Shown here: piece after piece, positions 27,027 through 32,000 of the stretch
Layout: the number at the start of each line of letters is the position of its first letter
Numbering within the stretch: the first letter of the stretch is position 1
Source: Candidatus Helarchaeota ASGARD archaeon Hel_GB_B
GTDB lineage: Archaea; Asgardarchaeota; Lokiarchaeia; Helarchaeales; HEL-GB-B
Length of the DNA stretch: 32,000 bases
Assembly: GCA_005191425.1 (NCBI GenBank)
Contig: SUPR01000015.1
Location: 1-32,000 of the forward strand
Direction: 5' to 3'
Translations under genes and position numbers: made by a program
The notes under the pieces: generated by a model
Databases searched by the model: none
What the model was told of the DNA's origin: nothing
The model's input: only the letters and a program-made list of their open reading frames with translations

Positions 27027-28640
27027 GTGATATTAATGCCCCCAAAAAAGCTGCCAAATATAATTTTATTTGTTGCTGATGAAATGAGAGGAGATGTAAT
27101 TTCATTAAATGGCCAAAATAATCCATATATTAAAACGCCTAATATAGATAATTTGGCGAAAGATGGTATAGCATTCACGAAATGTTTCTCTGTTAATCCA
27201 GTATGTGTACCTTCAAGGTGTTGTACATTTACAGGTCAATATGTTCATTCAAATGCACATAGAAGCTTATATCAATTATTACGTCCACATGAAGACAATC
27301 TTTTCAAATTTTTAAAAATGAGCGGATATAAAGTAATTTGGATTGGAAGAAATGATCTTTTTTCCAAGGAGACAATTAAAGTAAGTGTATCTAAGCATTA
27401 TAGCCTATATAAACTTTTATTAAGAAAATTTATGCCTGAAATCTTAAGACTGAAATTTTTTAAAAGGCTATTTCGCATATCTACAATTAGGTCTCTTTTT
27501 AAGTTAATAAAAAACCGCAAAACAATATTAGAAGATTATCGATTTCTTAAATCGCCCCTCATTAAAAGCTTCTTAAGTGCTCAAATTAAATTAAATCCAT
27601 TTCCTAAAGGCAATCCATTAAGAAAATCATTTTATTTTGGAGAAAGGGATCTGAAGCAAGGAAATGATATAGATACATTAATAATCGAAAAAGTGTTAAA
27701 ATTTTTAAATTCTAAGCCTAAAGGGCCTTTTTGTCTATATATTGCGTTAAACTTTCCCCATCCACCATATACCGTAGAAGAGCCATTTTTTTCTATGTAT
27801 AATAGAAAAGAAATACCACCACCAATTCCACCAATTCTTGATGATAAGCCAGAATTTATGAAATTGATGTTTAAAAGATATGGACTTGAAAAATTAAGTG
27901 AAAAAGACTTTAGAGAAATAAAAGCTACATATTATGGTATGGTTTCCAGAGTAGATTATCAATTTGGTAGGATTATAAAAAAATTGAAAGATATCAATAA
28001 ATATGAGGATAGTGCTATTTTCTTTTTTGCAGATCATGGAGATTATACTGGTGATTATGGCATTACTGAAAAATGGCCCAATGCATTTCAAGATTGCTTA
28101 ATCAACGTGCCACTAGTAATAAAATTACCCAACTTAAAAATTAAAAAAAATATCAGCGAAGAATTAGTTGAATTAATAGATTTATTTCCTACTATCTTGG
28201 AATTGGCTAAATTAAAGACAACATATACGCATTTTGGGCGCTCTTTGATACCATTATTAACAGGAAAGACGGAATCTCATAGAGAGGCAGTATTTGCAGA
28301 GGGAGGGTATAATATTCAAGAGCCCCAGTGTTTTGAGCAACCAGTATTAAGTCCAGACATGGCTTTATTAGGAATTTATTATGATAAAACAAATATACCC
28401 CAAGAATTTCCTGCTACTGTTGCTAGATCAATTATGGTACGAACAAAAGAATGGAAATTAATTTTAAGAAATGAGATTAAAGGAGAACTTTATAATTTAA
28501 AAGATGATCCACATGAGCTTAATAATTTAATAGATAATGATGAGTATAAACAAATTAAATTAGAATTAAAAGATAAATTATTAAATTGGTTCTTAAATAC
28601 CAGCGATAGTCCTCATTGGTCAAAAGTTAGAAATATATAA
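27027..28640 (+). CDS. Formylglycine-dependent sulfatase (ATG start possibly 27036)
   Basis: ADEMRGD, CVPSRCCTFTG (CxPxR), FPHPPY, ADHGDY, ELIDLFPTI and ELYNLKDDPHEL.N. Starts 6 nt after the GH3 gene. Confidence 0.93.
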   Translation: MILMPPKKLPNIILFVADEMRGDVISLNGQNNPYIKTPNIDNLAKDGIAFTKCFSVNPVCVPSRCCTFTGQYVHSNAHRSLYQLLRPHEDNLFKFLKMSGYKVIWIGRNDLFSKETIKVSVSKHYSLYKLLLRKFMPEILRLKFFKRLFRISTIRSLFKLIKNRKTILEDYRFLKSPLIKSFLSAQIKLNPFPKGNPLRKSFYFGERDLKQGNDIDTLIIEKVLKFLNSKPKGPFCLYIALNFPHPPYTVEEPFFSMYNRKEIPPPIPPILDDKPEFMKLMFKRYGLEKLSEKDFREIKATYYGMVSRVDYQFGRIIKKLKDINKYEDSAIFFFADHGDYTGDYGITEKWPNAFQDCLINVPLVIKLPNLKIKKNISEELVELIDLFPTILELAKLKTTYTHFGRSLIPLLTGKTESHREAVFAEGGYNIQEPQCFEQPVLSPDMALLGIYYDKTNIPQEFPATVARSIMVRTKEWKLILRNEIKGELYNLKDDPHELNNLIDNDEYKQIKLELKDKLLNWFLNTSDSPHWSKVRNI

Positions 28641-28790
28641 ATTTGATCTAAAAATTCTTTAATTATCAAAATTTCTTAAAAATCTAAATGAAATGAATAC
28701 TTAAATTAAATAAATTTAACGATTTTCAAGTCAAAAATCATAAATATACAAACAATTCTTTAAAAGCTGGCTTAATTTAATATATATTTA

Positions 28791-29177
28791 GTGGCAGTTA
28801 TGAATGAGTGTAAAGAATGTGGTGCATGCACAAATGCATGCCCTTTAAATGAGTATGATGAAAATTATATTGTTTATAAAATATTTTTTGGTCCAGAAAA
28901 AGATTTTAAATTGTGGACTAGGTGCTGTTCATGCTTTTTATGTGAGGAAAACTGCCCTTATGGGCTAAATCCAAGAGAAGAAATTTTCAAAATCAGGAGA
29001 AACTCTGATAGATCTAATATTCCACCGCGAATTATTAAATACTATGAAAATATAAAAAGAACAGGGTTTGTTTTTAATATCGATGAATATGTCAATGAAG
29101 AAAGAATTGAATATGGACTGGTGAAACTCAATTTAGATCGGATAAAAAGTGAAGTTAATAAATTATTTAATATTTAA
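28791..29177 (+). CDS. HdrC-like 2x[4Fe-4S] protein
   Basis: CKECGACTNACP and CCSCFLCEENCP, upstream of an HdrB-like gene. Confidence 0.8.
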   Translation: MAVMNECKECGACTNACPLNEYDENYIVYKIFFGPEKDFKLWTRCCSCFLCEENCPYGLNPREEIFKIRRNSDRSNIPPRIIKYYENIKRTGFVFNIDEYVNEERIEYGLVKLNLDRIKSEVNKLFNI

Positions 29178-29199
29178 AGTAGATTAAAAGGCGTTTTAT

Positions 29200-30075
29200 G
29201 TGAAATATACAATTTTTCCAGGATGTCTCATATCTTACAGGTTTCCAGAATATGAAAAATCTGCAAAATTAATCTTACAAAAGTTAGAAGTTGAATTTAT
29301 CCCAGTAGATTCTTTTTCATGTTGCGGATCACAAGTATTAGAATCTATCGATGATGAAAAAATGGTTTTATTAAATGCTAGAAATTTAGCTATTGCTCAA
29401 GAATTAGATATTGGTTCAATAATTACATTATGTGGATCTTGCACGCATATATTAAAGAAATCATTAATAAAACTCCATGATAATAAAATATTAAAAAGAA
29501 TTAATAAGAAATTAAGGCTAATTGGACTAAAGTTTTTTCCTAAAAAAAAGATTGAAATTATTCATATTGCTGAGTTTCTAAACAAAAAAGAAATATTTCA
29601 AAAATTCCAAAATTTAGTAGTAAAAAAGTTGGAAATAAATATAGCGGTTCAAAATCCATGTATGGTATTAAGGCCAAGTTCAATTTCAAATTTAGAATTA
29701 AAAGACAGAAAAATAATCCGAAATTTATTAACATCTACAGGTATTACAGCATCATCATACAGATATATGAATAGGTGTTGTGGTGGGACAATGCTTGCCT
29801 TTGATGATTCTATTGCTAAGGATTTAGGAAAATTAAGATATAAGGAATTACAAAAAAGTGGCGCTAATATTTTAGCAGTTGGATGTCCAAATTGCCAATT
29901 AATGTATTCAATATATCAAAATATGTTAGTTGATGATGTAGTCCCATCTATTTTCTTTACTCAGCTCTTAGGTTTATCTATAGGATTCTCTCAAAAAGAT
30001 ATGGAAATCGATAAAAACATTAATACAGAAATTATTTCAAATATTTTAAATAATTCCATAAAAAATAATGGATAA
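29200..30075 (+). CDS. HdrB-like CCG-domain protein
   Basis: FPGC, SCCG, CGSC, NPC, CCGG and CPNC, i.e. two cysteine-rich CCG domains. Confidence 0.85.
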   Translation: MKYTIFPGCLISYRFPEYEKSAKLILQKLEVEFIPVDSFSCCGSQVLESIDDEKMVLLNARNLAIAQELDIGSIITLCGSCTHILKKSLIKLHDNKILKRINKKLRLIGLKFFPKKKIEIIHIAEFLNKKEIFQKFQNLVVKKLEINIAVQNPCMVLRPSSISNLELKDRKIIRNLLTSTGITASSYRYMNRCCGGTMLAFDDSIAKDLGKLRYKELQKSGANILAVGCPNCQLMYSIYQNMLVDDVVPSIFFTQLLGLSIGFSQKDMEIDKNINTEIISNILNNSIKNNG

Positions 30076-30433
30076 ATTATGTCTATCTCTAATTTGGAAA
30101 TATACCGGCTAAAAAGGCATAGTATATTTAGAGGAAGGTATACACTAGCATATTGAAGATAATAATAAATTGCGAAATATATGTATAAAGGTGAAAATTA
30201 AATAAAATATTATGTGGTGCTTTAAAATGAAATATCAGAATGGTGCTATATAAATGGACACAAATTATGGGTCAAAATTCAAGAATATTATAGAATTGCT
30301 AAAAAACCAGATAAAAGTTATCTGAAAAGTCCAGCCACAAATTTTATTAATTTAGTCGGTATATTTCCGAATTAAAGGTTAATTGTTTTAAAAAGTTAAT
30401 TTATTTTAAAAAAAAGAATTTCACTATAGATAT

Positions 30434-31525
30434 TTAATCCAATTTATCAAGATATTTAACTAACTCTTCAAAAATATCTAATATTTCTAAATTTACATCA
30501 AGTTCATTAGCTGCTTCTACAAAATTATTGATACAAAATGGACATAATGTAAATAATATGTCTGCTTTTTCTTTAGCTTCCTTTACTTTATCTTTACCAA
30601 TTTCTATTGCTAATTGTTTATCGATTATTCTCATTCCACCATCTGCACCACAGCATAGCCCATTTTTGCCTGATAAATTATATTCTTTTAATTTTTCATT
30701 ATCTCTACTATAACCAAGAAGATTTAAAATAGCTCGGGGTTGAGAAATGATATTAAATGGCCTAGATATATGACATGAATCATGAAATATTGCTACTTTT
30801 TTATCTGGATTTACAAATTCTAATTTTTTATTTTTTAATTTTTCATAGACAATTTCAATTACATGTCGAATATCTTTTTTTAGACCATAAAATTGTTTAA
30901 TAAAAATTGTACAGCCTGCACAAGCAGTGATAATATGGTCATATTTCTCCATATCTTTTTTATTTCTTTTTATAATTTCAAATGCTCGTTTATGATTACC
31001 GGTATTATAGACAAAATATCCGCAACACCGTTCATTGGGCGAAATTGTAAAATCGATATTTAATTTCTTTAGAGTTTTAATTATATTTTTCCCAATATCT
31101 GGATATCTATATGAAATCATGCACCCTAAATGTAATAGTGTTTTTGAATGCTTATTAATTGGCTCATCAAGCCACGCTAATCTTGGTTTGTCCTCTCCAA
31201 ATGGATTTCCTGTTCTAAAAATATTTTCAATTAATAAATCTTGACGGGGAAATTGAGTACCCCATTTTTCAACACAGATTTTTCTAGCTTCATCAATGAT
31301 TTTTGAAATTGGAATCTCTTCTGGGCACACAAATTCACAAGCTTCACATTTTGTGCAGAGAAAAATTGTTTTCCAATCTTCGGGTTTTTGTGATTCAGTT
31401 AAAACTTGTTTTGCGACAAATAATTTTTCATAAGGAGCATATTTTTTTGTACTTAGATAGATTGAGCAATAATCTTCACATAATTTACATAAACTGCATT
31501 TCTCTATTAACATAAGAAAATTCAT
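30434..31525 (-). CDS. HdrD/GlpC-like Fe-S oxidoreductase (ferredoxin + two CCG domains)
   Basis: CSLCKLCEDYCS, CTKCEACEFVCP, GC, CCG, CAGC, HDSCH, CCGADGG and CPFC. Confidence 0.88.
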   Translation of the reverse strand: MNFLMLIEKCSLCKLCEDYCSIYLSTKKYAPYEKLFVAKQVLTESQKPEDWKTIFLCTKCEACEFVCPEEIPISKIIDEARKICVEKWGTQFPRQDLLIENIFRTGNPFGEDKPRLAWLDEPINKHSKTLLHLGCMISYRYPDIGKNIIKTLKKLNIDFTISPNERCCGYFVYNTGNHKRAFEIIKRNKKDMEKYDHIITACAGCTIFIKQFYGLKKDIRHVIEIVYEKLKNKKLEFVNPDKKVAIFHDSCHISRPFNIISQPRAILNLLGYSRDNEKLKEYNLSGKNGLCCGADGGMRIIDKQLAIEIGKDKVKEAKEKADILFTLCPFCINNFVEAANELDVNLEILDIFEELVKYLDKLD

Positions 31526-31588
31526 AAATTCAAATTTTAACTATATATTTATAAAGTTATCAATAACTTTTTCATAATTTTTTATTTG

Positions 31589-32000
31589 ATGAAAAGGTGT
31601 ATAATTTTGAACGATGATTTCTTAAAAAATGCAGTTAACTTTCATGGACATTTAGGCCCTTTTTTGATTTTAGGATTAAAAATGGGAGAATTTGCAAAAA
31701 ATTATATTCAACCTGTTGATTATAAAGATATTTCAGCTTCGATATTGATTGAACCATTAGAAACGCCTTTGTCTTGTATATTAGATGGAATTCAAATTGC
31801 CAGTGGCTGTACCATAGGTAAAAGAAATATTGAAGTTAAACAGAGAGATTCAAAGGGTATTGAAGCAATATTTGAAGGAAATAACCATAAAATCTGGATT
31901 AAAGTGAATGATATAGCTTTAGGAGTAATATTACATAATCTAACGGACCATCATGGGTCTAATCACCACCATGGATCAATGGAAGATGTTGCTAAAGATA
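31589..32000 (+). CDS. FmdE-family protein, 3'-truncated by the window edge (start 31589 ATG or 31607 TTG)
   Basis: My translation gives FHGHLGPFLILG.KMG...SCILDGIQIASGCTIGKRN, the FmdE signature. Not in the ORF track. Confidence 0.85.
   Translation, partial: MKRCIILNDDFLKNAVNFHGHLGPFLILGLKMGEFAKNYIQPVDYKDISASILIEPLETPLSCILDGIQIASGCTIGKRNIEVKQRDSKGIEAIFEGNNHKIWIKVNDIALGVILHNLTDHHGSNHHHGSMEDVAKD

Noticed and set aside
30079-30375. Coding-looking frame (..EWCYINGHKLWVKIQEYYRIAKKPDKSYL..) between the Hdr-like genes
   Set aside because: Six internal in-frame stops and no recognisable family. It could be a pseudogene remnant, but I cannot support that without a tBLASTn hit.
527-31515. Remaining short ORF-track entries nested in or antisense to larger genes (e.g. 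527..745, 3835..4191, 12888..13310, 14928..15500, 19469..19870, 22006..22356, 24893..25261, 31035..31244)
   Set aside because: Shadow ORFs of well-supported genes, without motifs of their own.
1-32000. CRISPR array, IS element, integrase or prophage genes
   Set aside because: No regularly spaced repeats, terminal inverted repeats with transposase, or recombinase motifs were seen.

Overview
Very AT-rich archaeal chromosomal window, most likely from an Asgard archaeon (Lokiarchaeia/Helarchaeales-like). This assignment is inference from an HMf-type histone, RFAN-type MPN/JAMM proteins, a PCI-like winged helix, XPD, HdrBC/HdrD-like proteins and an intron-containing tRNA. About 28 CDS are supportable, including partial nrdD and fmdE at the edges that the ORF track missed. 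There is also a tRNA-Cys(GCA) with two predicted introns and a candidate structured RNA. No CRISPR array, IS element or integrase was seen. Main leads: (1) a full-length paralogous pair of one catalytically intact JAMM (MPN+) and one dead MPN- protein within 5 kb, next to a small PCI-like protein and a histone, with a PAC4-like chaperone gene about 5 kb further on. This is the parts list of a minimal proteasome-lid/CSN/eIF3-like module. (2) A 936-aa fusion of a PriS-like primase catalytic domain to a Zn-finger/PUA/PP-loop PAPS-reductase-family/4Fe-4S protein, divergent from an RNA m5C methyltransferase. (3) The two-intron tRNA-Cys with a non-canonical elbow, separated from cysS by a protealysin-emfourin cassette. 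All calls are from motif reading only; no database searches were run.
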